The position numbers were made by a program, and so were the translations under genes. The notes beneath the pieces were generated by a model that was not told the origin of the DNA, did no database searches, and saw nothing but the letters and a program-made list of their open reading frames with translations. A stretch of 64,000 bases of DNA from Antedon mediterranea (taxonomy: Eukaryota > Animalia > Echinodermata), in assembly GCF_964355755.1 (NCBI RefSeq), contig NC_092677.1, positions 22,121,175 through 22,185,174 of the forward strand, given 5' to 3'. Positions 1 through 13,865 of the stretch are shown piece by piece; the first letter of the stretch is position 1; every line of letters begins with the position of its first letter.

Positions 1-660
1 GCCAAATTTTGACCCTTTTATTTTTTTATATAACTAGTAACTATGGCTCTGTAAGATGATGTTAGCACAATATATTTGCATAAATGGCAATATTATAGCA
101 TAATTTTCGAATTTTAGAAATTGGAAATTTTCTCCATTTTTCGAAAAAATTTCTATGGTCCCCGCAGGAAAATTTTCGAAAAAATGCCAAAGTTCAAGCC
201 TTTTATTTTATATAATTTCTTACTATGGCTCTATAAGATGATGTTAGCAAAATATATCTGTATAAATAGAAATATTATAGCATAATTATTTAATTTTTAA
301 AGTGGCAAATGTTGCCATTTTTCGACCCTTTTATTTTTTTGACATTACTAGTTACGATGGCTCTATAAGATAATGTTAACACAATATATGTGCATAAATG
401 GCAATATTATAGCCTAATTATTGAATTTTAAAAGGTGGAAATTTTGACCATTTTTCGAAAAAAAATTCCTATGCTCCCCCGCAGGAAAATTTTTCGAAAA
501 ATGGCCAAATTTCGACCCTTTTATTTGTTGACATAACTAGTTACTATGGCTCTATAAGATGATGTTAAGCATAATTTTTTAATTTTAAAGAATGGAAATT
601 TTGACCATTTTTTGAAAAAAAAGTCCTATGGTCCCCGTAGGAAAATTTTCGAACAATTGC
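1..660. repeat. SatA, ~187-188-bp AT-rich satellite (end of array, cut by window edge)
   Basis: Recurring gccaaatttcgacccttttattttttgacataactagttactatggctctataagatgatg...cctatggtcccccgcagg; near-identical to 11869-12522 and ~57558-58217. Confidence 0.95.
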
Positions 661-1194
661 CAACAGCGGGTGTTTCAGAACCTCAGAATATAACGTGCAA
701 CGCTAGTGTTTTAAAGTAACAGAAAAACACAGAAAAACTCACGAAACAGTCAAACACCAGTCAAATTAACTACAGCACAGTCTTAAACAGATCATAAACA
801 TCAAAGTTTGTAGTTAGACCAGATTCAGCTCAGTCGAAAACAAGGAAAAATAGTGAAGTACAGAGCTCGAACAAAACACGTCCGTTCTCGACCACAGTTC
901 GTTTTACATATATTATCTATATTTAGTCATCTGATAACATTTTTTTTACCACGCCGTTTTTAATAGTTTTTTAAAATGCCTCTCTATTTACAACATTTGT
1001 GTACAAAAGAATAGAGATTTTATTGTGTAATTTGAACTATTTGAACTGATAAAAAAGTGCTTATTTTCAACAAGGCGCTTGTGTAACACAAATAAAATCC
1101 CAAAAAATATGAAACATAGGGGAAGCTATAGATCGATAATTATTGGAATGTATGATCAATAGAAATTTTTTGCCCCCACCTGGCCTTCAAACAC
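661..1194. other. Unique ~530-bp linker of the macro-repeat, copy A
   Basis: Starts caacagcgggtgtttcagaa; recurs at 12523, 32768, 58218. No long ORF. Confidence 0.9.
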
Positions 1195-1310
1195 GGGGAG
1201 ATATCTGCACTTAAAACGGGGAGATATCTGTACTTAAAAACGGAGAGATATCTGTACTTAAAAACGGGGAGATATCTTTACTTAAAAACGGAGAATATCT
1301 GTACTTAAAA
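1195..1310 (-). repeat. 22-23-bp minisatellite (gggagatatctgtacttaaaaac), inverted relative of SatB, truncated
   Basis: About 5 copies; reverse complement gtttttaagtacagatatctccc aligns with SatB gattttacgtacagacatcgacccc. Confidence 0.85.
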
Positions 1311-4300
1311 TCCCTATCCCTATTTTACGTACATACATCGACCCCAATTTTACGTACAGACATCGACCCCGATTTTAGGTACAGACATCGACCCGATTTT
1401 ACGTACAGTCATCGACCCAGTTTTTACGTACAGACATCAACCTCGATTTTACGTACCGACATCGATCCCTATTTTACGTACATACATCTACCCCGATTTT
1501 ACGTACATACATCGACCCGTATTTATTAACAGACATCGACCTAGTTTTTACGTACAGACATCGACCCCGATTTTACATACAGACATCGACCCCGATTTTA
1601 CGTACAGACATCGACCTAGTTTTGACGTACAGAAATCGACCGCTTTCTGACGTACAGACATCGACACCGATTTTACATAAAGACATCGACCCCGATTTCA
1701 CGTACAGATATCGACCACGTTTTTACGTACTGACATCGACCCCGATTTACCATAGAGACATCGATCCCGATTTTAAGTACATACATCGACTCCGTTTAAC
1801 GTACATACATCGACCCCGACTTTACGTCCACACATCGACCCAGTTTTTACGTACAGACAGCGACACCGTTTGACGTACCGACATCAACCTCGATTTTACG
1901 TACAGACATCGACCCCGATTTTACGTACATACAGCGACACCGTTTGACGTACCGACAACAACCTCGATTTTACATACAGACATCGACCCCGATTTTACGT
2001 ACATACATCGACCCCGATTTTACGTACAGACATTGACCTCGATTTTACGTACATGCATCGACCCTGATTTTATGTAAAGACAACGATCCCGATTTCACGT
2101 ACAGACATCGACCCCAATTTTACGTACAGTCATCGACCCCGTTTTTACGTACAGACATCAACCTCGATTTTACGTACAAACATTGACCCCGATTGTACGT
2201 ACATACATCGACCCCAATTTTACATACATACATCGACACCTATTTTACATACAGACAACGACCCCGATTTTACGTACAGACATTGACCTAGTTTTGACGT
2301 ACAGATATCTACCCCGTTTTGACGTACAGACATCGACACCAATTTTACGCAAAGACAACGACCCCGATTTCACGAATAGACATCGATCCCGTATTTACGT
2401 ACAGACATCGATCCCGTATTTACTTACAGACATCGACCTTGTTTCTACGTACAAACATCGACCCCGATTTAACGTACATATATCGACTCCGATTTTACAT
2501 ACTGTACATACATGGACCCGATTTTACGTACAGTCATCGACTCCTATTTTACGTACAGACATCGACCTCTTTTTACGTAAAGACATCGACCCCCTTATTA
2601 CATACAGATATCGACTCCGCTTTTACGTACAGACATCGACCTAGTTTTTACGTACCGACATCGACCCTGATTTTACATACAGACATCGACCTAGTTTTGA
2701 CGTACCGACATCAACCTCGATTTTACGTACAGACATTGACCCTGATTTTACGTACATACATCGACCTCGATTTTAGGTACAGACATCGACCCCGATTTTA
2801 CGTACAGACGTCGACCTAGTTTTGACGTACAGACATCGACCCCGATTTCACGAACAGACATCGATCCCCTATTTACGTATAGACATCGATCTCGTATTTA
2901 TGTACAGATATCGACCCCGTTTTTACGTACAGACATCGACCCTGATTTTACGTACATACATCGATCCCGATTTTACGTACATACGTCGATCCCTATTTTA
3001 CGTACAGAAAACGACTCCGTTTAACGTACCGTCATTGACGCGGATTTTATATACAGACATCGACCTAGTTTTTACGTACAGACATCCACCTAGTTTTTAC
3101 GTACAGACATCGGCCTAGTTTTTACTTACAGACCTCGACATAGTTTTTATGCAATGACAGCGACCCCGACTTTACGTACAGATATGGACCCCGATTTTAC
3201 GTACAGACATCGACCCAGTTTTTACGTACAGACATCGACCACGTTTTTACGTACAGACATCGACCCCGTTTTTACGTGCAGACATCGATCCCGTTTTGAC
3301 GTACAGACATCGACCTAGTTTTGAACTACAGACATCGACATCGATCCTGATTTTACGTATAGACATGTACCCCGATTTTACGTACATACATCGACCCCGA
3401 TTTGACGTACATACATTGACCCCGATTTTAGGTACAGACATCGACCCCGATTTTAGGTACATACATCGACCCCGTTTTTAAGTAAGGTCATCGACCCAGT
3501 TTTTACGTACAGACATTAACCTTGATTTTACGTACATACATCGACACCAATTTGACATACAGACATCGACCCCGATTTTACGTACGTACAGACATCGACC
3601 CCGATTTTAGGTACAGACATCGACTTAGTTTTTACGTACAGCATCGATTCTGATTTTACATACATTCATCGACCTAGTTTTGACGTACAGACATCGACCC
3701 CGATTTTACGTACAGAAATCGACCTAGTTTTTACGTACCGACATCGACCTCGATTTTACGTGCAGACATCGACCCCGATTTTACGTACAGACATCGAACT
3801 AGCTTTGAACTACAGACATCGACTGCCTTTTTACGTACATACATCGACCCCGATTTGACGTACAGATATCGACCCAGTTTTTTTGTACAGACATCGACAT
3901 CATTTTTACGTACAGACATCAACCTAGTTTTGAACTACAGACATCGACTCCGTTTTTACGTGCAGACATCGACCCTGATTTTACATACAGAAATGTACCC
4001 CGATTTTACGTACAGACATCGACCCCGATTTTACGTATAGACATCGACCTTGATTTAACGTACAGACATCGAACCCGTTTTTACGTGCAGACATCGATCC
4101 CGCTTTTACGTACATAAATCGACCACGATTTTACGTACAGACATTGACCTAGTTTTGACGTACAGATATCTACCCCGTTTTGACGTACAGACATCGACAC
4201 CAATTTTACGCAAAGACAACGACCCCGATTTCACGAATAGACATCGATCCCGTATTTACGTACAGACATCGATCCCGTATTTACTTACAGACATCGACCT

Positions 4301-7027
4301 TGTTTCTACGTACAAACATCGACCCCGATTAAACGTACATATATCGATCTCGATTTTACGTACATACATCGACTCCGATTTTACTTACTGTACATACATT
4401 GACCCGATTTGACGTACAGTCATCCACTCCTACTTTACGTACAGACATCGACCTCTTTTTACGTACAGACATCGACCCCCTTATTACATACAGATATCGA
4501 CTCCGCTTTTACGTACAGACATCGACCTAGTTTTTACGTACCGACATCGACCCTGATTTTACATACAGACATCGACCTAGTTTTGACGTACCGACATCAG
4601 CCTCGATTTTACGTACAGACATTGACCCTGATTTTACGTACATACATCGACCTCGATTTTAGGTACAGACATCTACCCCGATTTTACGTACAGACGTCGA
4701 CCTAGTTTTGACGGACAGACATCGACCCCGATTTCACGAACAGACATCGATCCCCTATTTAAGTACAGACATCGATTTCGTATTTATGTACAGATATCGA
4801 CCCCGTTTTTACGTACAGACATCGACCCTGATTTTACGTACATACATCGATCCCGATTTTACGTACATACGTCGATCCCTATTTTACGTACAGAAATTGA
4901 CTCCGTTTAACGTACCGACATTGACGCGGATTTTATATACAGACATCGACCTAGTTTTTACGTACAGACATCCACCTAGTTTTTACGTACAGACATCGGC
5001 CTAGTTTTTACTTACAGACCTCGACATAGTTTTTCTGCAATGACAGCGACCCCGACTTTACGTACAGATATGGACCCCGATTTTACGTACAGACATCGAC
5101 CCAGTTTTTACGTACAGACATCGACCACGTTTTTACGTACAGACATCGACCCCGTTTTTACGTGCAGACATCGACCCCGTTTTGACGTACAGACATCGAC
5201 CTAGTTTTGAACTACTGACATCGACATCGATCCTGATTTTACGTATAGACATGTACCCCGATTTTACGTACATACATCGACCCCGATTTTACGTACATAC
5301 ATTGACCCCGATTTTAGGTACAGACATCGACCCCGATTTCACGTACATACATCGACCCCGATTTTAAGTAAGGTCATCGACCCAGTTTTTACGTACAGAC
5401 ATTAACCTCGATTTTACGTACATACATCGACACCAATTTTACGTACATACATCGACCCCGATTTGACATACAGACATCGACCCCGATTTTACGTAAAGAC
5501 ATCGACCCCGATTTTAGGTACAGACATCGACTTAGTTTTTACGTACAGCATCGACCCTGATTTTACATACATTCATCTACCTAGTTTTGACGTACAGACA
5601 TCGACCCCGATTTTATGTACAGACATCGAACTAGTTTTTACGTACGTACAGACATCGACCTAGTTTGTACGTACAGACATCGGCCTAGTTTTTACGTACA
5701 GACATCGACCTAGTTTTTTACGTACCGACATCGACCTCGATTTTACGTGCAGACATCGACCCCGATTTTACGTACAGACATCGAACTAGCTTTGAACTAC
5801 AGACATCGACTGCCTTTTTACGTACATACATCGACCCCGATTTTACGTACAGATATCCACCCAGTTTTTTCGTACAGACATCGACCTCATTTTTACGTAC
5901 AGACATTGACCTAGTTTTGAACTACAGACATCGACTCCGTTTTTACGTACAGACATCGACCCTGATTTTACATACAGAGATGTACCCCAATTTTACGTAC
6001 AGACATCCACCCCGATTTTACGTATAGACATCGACCTTCATTTAACGTACAGACATCGAACCCGTTTTTACGTGCAGACATCGATCCCGCTTTTACGTAC
6101 ATAAATCGACCACGATTTAACGTAGAGACATCGACCCCGATTTTATGTACAGACATCGACAATGATTTTTACATACAGACATCGACCTAGTTTTGACCTA
6201 CAGACATCGACTTAGTTTTGACCTACAGACATCGACATCGGTTTGACGTACAGACATCGACACCGGTTTTACGTACAGATATCGATCCTAATTTTACATA
6301 CAGACATCGACCTAGTTTTGACGTACATACATCGACCCCGTCTTTACATACAGACATCGATCTTGTTTTTTACGTACAGAGATCGACCTAGTTTTTACGT
6401 ACCGACATCGACCCCTGATTTTACGTACAGACAGTGACCCCGATTTAACATCGACCTAGTTTTGACGGACATTATATCGACCCCGTTTTGACGTACAGAC
6501 ATCGACACCGATTTTACGCAAGACGTCGACCCCGATTTGACGTACACACATCGACCCCGTATTTACGTACAGACATCGACCTAGTTTTTACGTACATACA
6601 TTGACTCCGTTTAACGTACCGACATAGACCCCGTTTTTACGTACAGACATCGACTCCGTTCTTACGTAAAGACATCGACCCCGATTTTACATCGACCTAG
6701 TTTTGACGGACATATATCGACCCCGTTTTGACGTACAGACATCGACACCGATTTTACGCAAGACGTCGACCCCGATTTGACGTACAGACATCGACCCCGT
6801 ATTTACGTACAGACATCGACCTAGTTTTTACGTACATACATCGACTCCGTTTAACGTACCGACATCGACCCCGTTTTTACGTACAGATATCGACTCCGTT
6901 CTTACGTAAAGACATCTACCCCGATTTTACGTACAGACAGCGACTCCAATTTTACGTACAGACATCGACCCCGTTTTGACGTACAGACATCGACACCGAT
7001 TTTACGCAAAGACAACGACCCCGATTT
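1311..7027 (+). repeat. SatB, 25-bp satellite array (acgtacagacatcgaccccgatttt)n
   Basis: About 230 diverged monomers; internal 1886-bp duplication (ORF-track offsets 2822/4708, 3296/5182). Confidence 0.97.
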
Positions 7028-8623
7028 CTCACACAAAACATCAAAGTGTACAGAATAGCTTTAAATCGCATTTGGAGACGTTTTAGACCATTTTGTGATT
7101 TTCGAAAAAAACATGGTAACATAAAAACATCAAAGTTTACAGAATAGCTTCAAATCGCATTTGGAGACGTTTTAGACCATTTTGTGCATTTCGATGAAAC
7201 TTGGTTACACAAAAACATCAAAAGGCTTAAAATCACATTAGAAACCGTTTTAGACCATTTTGAGAATTTCGATAAAACTTTTCACACAAAAACATCAAAG
7301 TGCACAAAATAGCTTAATATGGTATTTAAAAACGTTTTAGATCATTTTAAGCACTTCGACAAAACTTTTTCACACAAAACATCAAAGTGTACAGAATAGC
7401 TTCAAATCGCAATTGGAGACGTTTTAGACCATTTTGTGCATTTCGATGAAACTTGATTACACAAAAACAGCAAAGTGCTTAGAATCACAATAGAAATCGT
7501 TTTAGAGCATTTTGAGCATTTCGAAAAAACTTTTCACACAAAAACATCAAAGTGCACAAAATAGCTTAATATGGTATTTACAAACGTTTTAGACCATTCG
7601 AGAATTTCGACAAAAGTTTTTCACACAAAACATCAAAGTGTACAAAATAGCTTCAAATCGCATTTGGAAACGTTTTAGACCATTTTGTGCATTTCGAAAA
7701 AACTTGGTTACACAAAAACATCAAAGTGCTTAAAATCACATTAGAAACCGTTTTAGACCATTTTGAGCATTTCGAAAAAACTTGTTAACATAAAAACACC
7801 AAAGTGCTAAGAATAGCTTCAAATCGCCATTTTGAGCATTTCGATAAAACTTTTCACACAAAAACATTAAAGTGCACAAAATAGCTTAATATGGTATTTA
7901 AAAACGTTTTAGATCATTTTAAGCATTTCGACAAAACTTTTTCACACAAAACATCAAAGTGTACAGAATAGCTTCAAATCGCATTTGGAGACGTTTTAGA
8001 CCATTTTGTGCATTTCGAAAAACTTGTTAACATAAAAACACCAAAGTGCTTAGAATAGCTTCAAATCGCATTTGGAGACGTCTTAGACCATTTTGTGCAT
8101 TTCGATGAAACTTGGTTACACAAAAACATCAAAGTGCTTAAAATCACATTAGAAACCGTTTTAGACCATTTTGAGCATTTCGATAAAACTTTTCAAACAA
8201 AAACATCAAAGAGCACAAAATAGCTTAATATGGTATTTAAAAACGTTTTAGACCATTTTGAGCATTTTAATAAAACTTTTTCACACAAAACATCAAAGTG
8301 TACAGAATAAATTCAAATCGCATTTGAAGACGTTTTAGACCATTTTGTGCATTTCGAAAAAAACTTGTTAACATAAAAACACCAAAGTGCCTAGAATAGC
8401 TTCAAATAGCATTTGGAGACGTTTTAGACCATTTTGTGGTTTTCGAAAGAACTTGTTAACATAAAAACACCAAAGTGCTAAGGATACCTTCAAATCGCAT
8501 TTGGAGACGTTTTAGACAATTTTGTGCATTTCGATGAAACTTGGTTACACAAAAACATCAAAGTGCTAATATCACATTATAAACCGTTTTAGACCATTTT
8601 GAGCATTTTGATGAAACTTTTCA
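7028..8623. repeat. SatC, satellite of mixed ~88 and ~77-bp monomers
   Basis: catcaaag-type anchor at 7039, 7128, 7216, 7293, 7380, 7468, 7545, 7631, 7719 (spacings 89, 88, 77, 87, 88, 77, 86, 88). Confidence 0.93.
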
Positions 8624-11600
8624 CATAATAATTTTTTAATTTTATAGAATGGAAATTTGGACCATTTTTAGAAAAAAAATCCTATGGTCCACCGCAGCGA
8701 AATTTAAAAAAAAATCGCCAAATTTCGACCCTTTTATTTTTTGACATAACTAGATACGATGGCTCTATAAGATGATGCTAACCCAATATATTTGCATAAA
8801 TGCCAATATTATAGCATAATTATTGAATTTTAAATAGTGGAAATTTTGACAATTTTTCGAAAAAATTCCTTCCGCAGGGAAATTTTCGCAAAAATGGCCA
8901 AATTTCGAAACTTTTATTTTTTGACATAACTAGTTACTATGGCTCTATAAAATAATGTTAGCACAATATATTTGCAAAAATGGCAATATTATAGCATAAT
9001 TTTTGAATTTTAAAAAGTTGAAATTGTTTTCATTTTCAATAAAATTCCACTGGTCCCCCGCAGAAAAAATTTTCGAAAATTGCCGAATTTCGACACTTTT
9101 ATTTTTTGATGTAACTAGTTACTATGGCTCTATAAGATTATGTTAACACAATATATGTGCATAAATGGCAATATTATAGCATAATTATTGAATTTTAAAA
9201 AGTGGAAAATTTTTCGACCCTTTTGTTTTTTTACATAACTACAATATTATAGCATAATTTTTGAATTTCAAAAAGTGGAAATTTTGGCAATTTTTCAAAA
9301 AAATTCCTATGGTCCCCCGCAGCTAAATTTTGGAAAAATTGCCAAATTTCGACCCTTTTATTTTTTGACATAACTAGTTACTATGGCTCTATAAGATGAT
9401 GCTAACCCAATATATTTGCATAAATGCCAATATAATAGCATAATTATTGAATTTTAAACAATGGAAATTTTGGCCATTTTTCGAAAAAATTCCTATGGTC
9501 CCCCGCAGGGAAATTTTCGCAAAAATTGCCAAATTTCAAACCTTTTATTTTTTGACAAAACTAGTTACTATGGCTCTATAAGATGATGTTAGCACAATAA
9601 ATGGCAATATTATATAGGATATTTTTTAAATTTTAAACAATGGAAATTTTGACCATTTTTCGAAAAAAAAATCCTATGGTCCCCCGCAGCGAAATTTTCC
9701 AAAAATTGCTAAATTTCGACCCTTTCATTTGTTGACATAACTAGTTACGATGGCTCTATAAGATGATGCTAACACAATATATTTGCATAAATGCCAATAT
9801 AATAGCATAATTATTGAATTTTAAAAAGAGGAAATTTTGGACATTTTTTGAAAAAATTCCTATGGTCCCCCGCAGGGAAATTTTCGCAAAAATGGCAAAA
9901 TTTCAAACCTTTTATTTTTTGACATAACTAGTTACAATGGCTCTATAAGATGATGCTAACCCAATATATTTGTATAAATGCCAATATTATAGCATAATTA
10001 TTGAATTTTAAAAAGTGGAAATTTTGTCAATTTTTCGAAAAAAATTCCTATGGTCCCCCGCAGGGAAATTTTCGCAAAAATGGCAAAATTTAAAACCTTT
10101 TATTTTTTGACATAACTAGTTACAATGGCTCTATAAGGTGATGCTAACCCAATATATTTGTATAAATGCCAATATTATAGCATAATTATTGAATTTTAAA
10201 AAGTGGAAATTTTGTCAATTTTTCGAAAAAAATTCTTATGGTCCCCCGCAGGGAAATTTTCGCAAAAATGGCAAAATGTCAACACTTTTATTTTTTGACA
10301 TAACTAGTTACTATGGCTCTATAAGATGATGTTAGCACAATATATTTGTATAAATGCCAATATAATAGCATAATTATTAAATTTTAAACAATGGAAATTT
10401 TGGCCATTTTTCGAAAAAATTCCTATGGTCCCCCGCAGAGAAATTTTCGCAAAAATGGCCAAATTTCAAACCTTTTATTTTTTGACATAACTAGTTATGT
10501 CTGGCTCTATAAGATGATGTTAGCACAATATATTTGCATAAATGGCATTATTATAGCATACTTTTTTAATTTTAAACAATGGAAATTTTGACAATTTTTT
10601 CGAAAAAAAAATCCTATGGTACCCCGCAGCGAAATTTTCGAAAAATCGCCAAATTTCGACCCTTTTATTTTTTGAGATAACTAGTTACGATGGCTCTATA
10701 AGATGATGCTAACACAATATATTTGCATAAATGCCAATATAATAGCATAATTATTGAATTTTAAAAAGTGGAAATTTTGGCCATTTTTCGAAAAAATTCC
10801 TATGGTCCCCCGTAGGGAAATTTTCGCAAAAATGGCCAAATTTCAAACCTTTTATTTTTTGACAAAACTAGTTACTATGGCTCTATAAGATGATGTTAGC
10901 ACAATATATTTGCATAAATGGCAATTTTTTAATTTTAAACAATGGAAATTTTGACCATTTTTCGAAAAAATAATCCTATGGTCCCCCGCAGCAAAATTTT
11001 CGAAAAATCGCCAAATTTCGACCCTTTTATTTTTTGAGATAACTAGTTACGATGGCTCTATAAGATGATGCTAACACAATATATTTGCATAAATGCCAAT
11101 ATAATAGCATAATTATTGAATTTTAAAAAGAGGAAATTTTGGACATTTTTCGAAAAAATTCCTATGGTCCCCCGCAGGGAAATTTTCGCAAAAATGACAA
11201 AAATTTCAAACCTTTTATTTTTTGACATAACTAGTTACAATGGCTCTATAAGATGATGCTAACCCAATATATTTGTATAAATGTCAATATTATAGCATAA
11301 TTATTGAATTTTAAAAAGTGGAAATTTTGACCATTTTTCGAAAAAAATTCCAATGGTCCCCCGCAGGGAAATTTTCGGAAAAATGGCCAAATTTCAAACC
11401 TTTTATTTTTTGACATAACTAGTTTCTATGGCTCTATAAAATAATGTTAGCACAATATATTTGCAAAAATGGCAATATTATAGCATAATTTTTGAATTTT
11501 AAAAAGTGGAAATTGTTTCCATTTTTCAATAAAATTCCGATGGTCCTCCGCAGAAAAATTTTTCGAAAATTGCCGAATTTCGACACTTTAATTTTTTGAT

Positions 11601-12522
11601 GTAACTAGTTACTATAGCTCTATAAGATGATGTTAACAAAATATATGTGCATAAATATTGAATTTTAAAAAGTGGAACATTTTTACATTTTTCGACCCTT
11701 TTGTTTTTTGACATAACTAGTTGCTATGGCTCTATAAGATGATGTTAGCACAATATATGTGCATAAATGGCAATATTATAACATAATTTTGGAATTTTAG
11801 AAAGTGGAAATTTTGACCATTTTTGAAAAAAATTCCTATGGTCCCCCGCAGAAAAATTTTCGAAAAATGGCCAAATTTCGACCCTTTTATTTTTTTATAT
11901 AACTAGTAACTATGGCTCTGTAAGATGATGTTAGCACAATATATTTGCATAAATGGCAATATTATAGCATAATTTTCGAATTTTAGAAATTGGAAATTTT
12001 CTCAATTTTTCGAAAAAAAATCCTATGGTCCCCGCAGGAGAATTTTCGAAAAAATGCCAAAGTTCAAGCCTTTTATTTTATATAATTTCTTACTATGGCT
12101 CTATAAGATGATGTTAGCAAAATATATCTGTATAAATAGAAATATTATAGCATAATTATTTAATTTTTAAAGTGGCAAATGTTGCCATTTTTCGACCCTT
12201 TTATTTTTTTGACATTACTAGTTACGATGACTCTATAAGATGATGTTAACACAATATATGTGCATAAATGGCAATATTATAGCCTAATTATTGAATTTTA
12301 AAAGGTGGAAATTTTGACCATTTTTCGAAAAAAAATTCCTATGGTCCCCCGCAGGGAAATTTTTCGAAAAATGGCCAAATTTCGACCCTTTTATTTGTTG
12401 ACATAACTAGTTACTATGGCTCTATAAGATGATGTTAAGCATACTTTTTTAATTTTAAAGAATGGAAATTTTGACCGTTTTTTGAAAAAAAAGTCCCCGT
12501 AGGAAAATTTTCGAACAATTGC
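8624..12522. repeat. SatA array, ~21 monomers of ~187-188 bp
   Basis: ggtccccc anchor at 9864, 10052, 10240 (188-bp period); gccaaatttc at 9341 and 9528 (187 bp). Confidence 0.96.
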
Positions 12523-13057
12523 CAACAGCGGGTGTTTCAGAAGCTCAGAATATAACGTGCAACGCTAGTGTTTTAAAGTAACAGAAAAACACAGAAAAAC
12601 TCACGAAACAGTCAAACACCAGTCAAATTAACTACAGCACAGTCTTAAACAGATCATAAACATCAAAGTTTGTAGTTGGACCAGATTCAGCTCAGTCGAA
12701 AACAAGGAAAAATAGTGAAGTACAGAGCTCGAACAAAACACGTCCGTTGTCGACCACAGTTCGTTTTACATATATTACCTATATTTAGTCATCTGATAAC
12801 ATTTTTTACCACGCCGTTTATTTTTAATAGTTTTTGAAAATGCCTCTCTATTTACAACATTTGTGTACAAAAGAATAGAGATTTTATTGTGTAATTTGAA
12901 CTATCCCCCCACTGATAAAAAAGTGCTTATTTTCAACAAGCTTGTGTAACACAAATAAAATCCCAAAAAATATGAAACATAGGGGAAGCTATAGATCGAT
13001 AATTATTGGAATGTATGATCAATAGAAATTTTTTGCCCCCACCTGGCCTTTAAACAC
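12523..13057. other. Unique linker, copy B
   Basis: Near-identical to 661-1194. Confidence 0.9.
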
Positions 13058-13245
13058 GGGGAGATATCTGCACTTAAAACGGGGAGATATCTGTACTTAA
13101 AAACGGAGAGATATCTGTACTTAAAAACGGGGAGATATCTTTACTTAAAAACGGGGACATATCTGTACTTAAAAACGGGTCGATATCTGTACTTAAAAAC
13201 GAGTCGATGTCTGTACGTAAAATTGGGGTCGATGTCTGTATGTAA
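13058..13245 (-). repeat. Inverted minisatellite grading from 22/23-mers into canonical SatB 25-mers
   Basis: ggggagatatctgtacttaaaaac > gggtcgatatctgtacttaaaaac > gagtcgatgtctgtacgtaaaattggggtcgatgtctgtatgtaa (SatB reverse complement). Confidence 0.9.
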
Positions 13246-13256
13246 TTACGTGCGTA

Positions 13257-13658
13257 ATGTTTTCGGTAACTCGTGCACTGGAGTGTTGTGGACGACAAGG
13301 GATATCCATACGAGGTCACAGTGATGATGGATTACCTCTTGCCTTCACAGACACACACATGGGCAATTTAAAGGAGTTGCTGCGACTTATGGCAGAAAGT
13401 GATGAGTTGCTTAATGACCATTTAAGTAGTTGCGCTCGAAACGCCAGCTATATTTCTAAGACCACAAAAACTCAATTGCTCAAGTGTATGTCAGAGGACA
13501 TTCAGCAACAACTTGTAAACAGAATAAAGGATGGTGGTGGTATAAACGGATTGTCTTCTGATGAAGCCACAGACGTCAGTGCATGGAAACAACTAGAGGA
13601 ATTACAAATCACAAAAGAAAACATAATCAAAAATAAGAAAGAAACACAAGACGCTTAA
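13257..13658 (+). pseudogene. hAT-superfamily transposase fragment (DUF4371; ZMYM1/PRKRIR-like), copy B
   Basis: GRQGISIRGH...GNLKELL...L.DHL...NASYIS...Q...DEATDVS..KQL matches the family pattern (RQGLAFRGH, GNF.ELL, DE..D.S..EQL). Similarity stops at ~13595, just after the first catalytic Asp; no TIRs seen. Confidence 0.88.
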
Positions 13659-13865
13659 ATTTGTGCTTACGTACCTCAGCACATTTCTCCAATATCTCCA
13701 TTTTCCCACTACATTCTTTTACAAACATTTTTTTGGCATGCTGGCCAAAATGCACCAGGGCCGATTGTTCACCTTCCATCATGGTTGGTTGTCAATGTGG
13801 TGAGTAAAAATATTTTCCCATGTGTGTCACGCGTTGAGCATCAACATGTTTTGTTTGGCGGCAAT

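Noticed and set aside
1311-7027. CRISPR-like array of short, partly palindromic repeats
   Set aside because: Monomers are contiguous with no unique spacers, there are no cas genes, and the context is eukaryotic.
10391-11714. ORFs within SatA (10391-10591, 11526-11714; also 57135-57401)
   Set aside because: Chance open frames in single satellite monomers.
13257-13658. Host ZMYM1/PRKRIR gene or active transposase
   Set aside because: Only ~110 homologous codons, truncated on both sides, and partly or fully deleted in two of four units.
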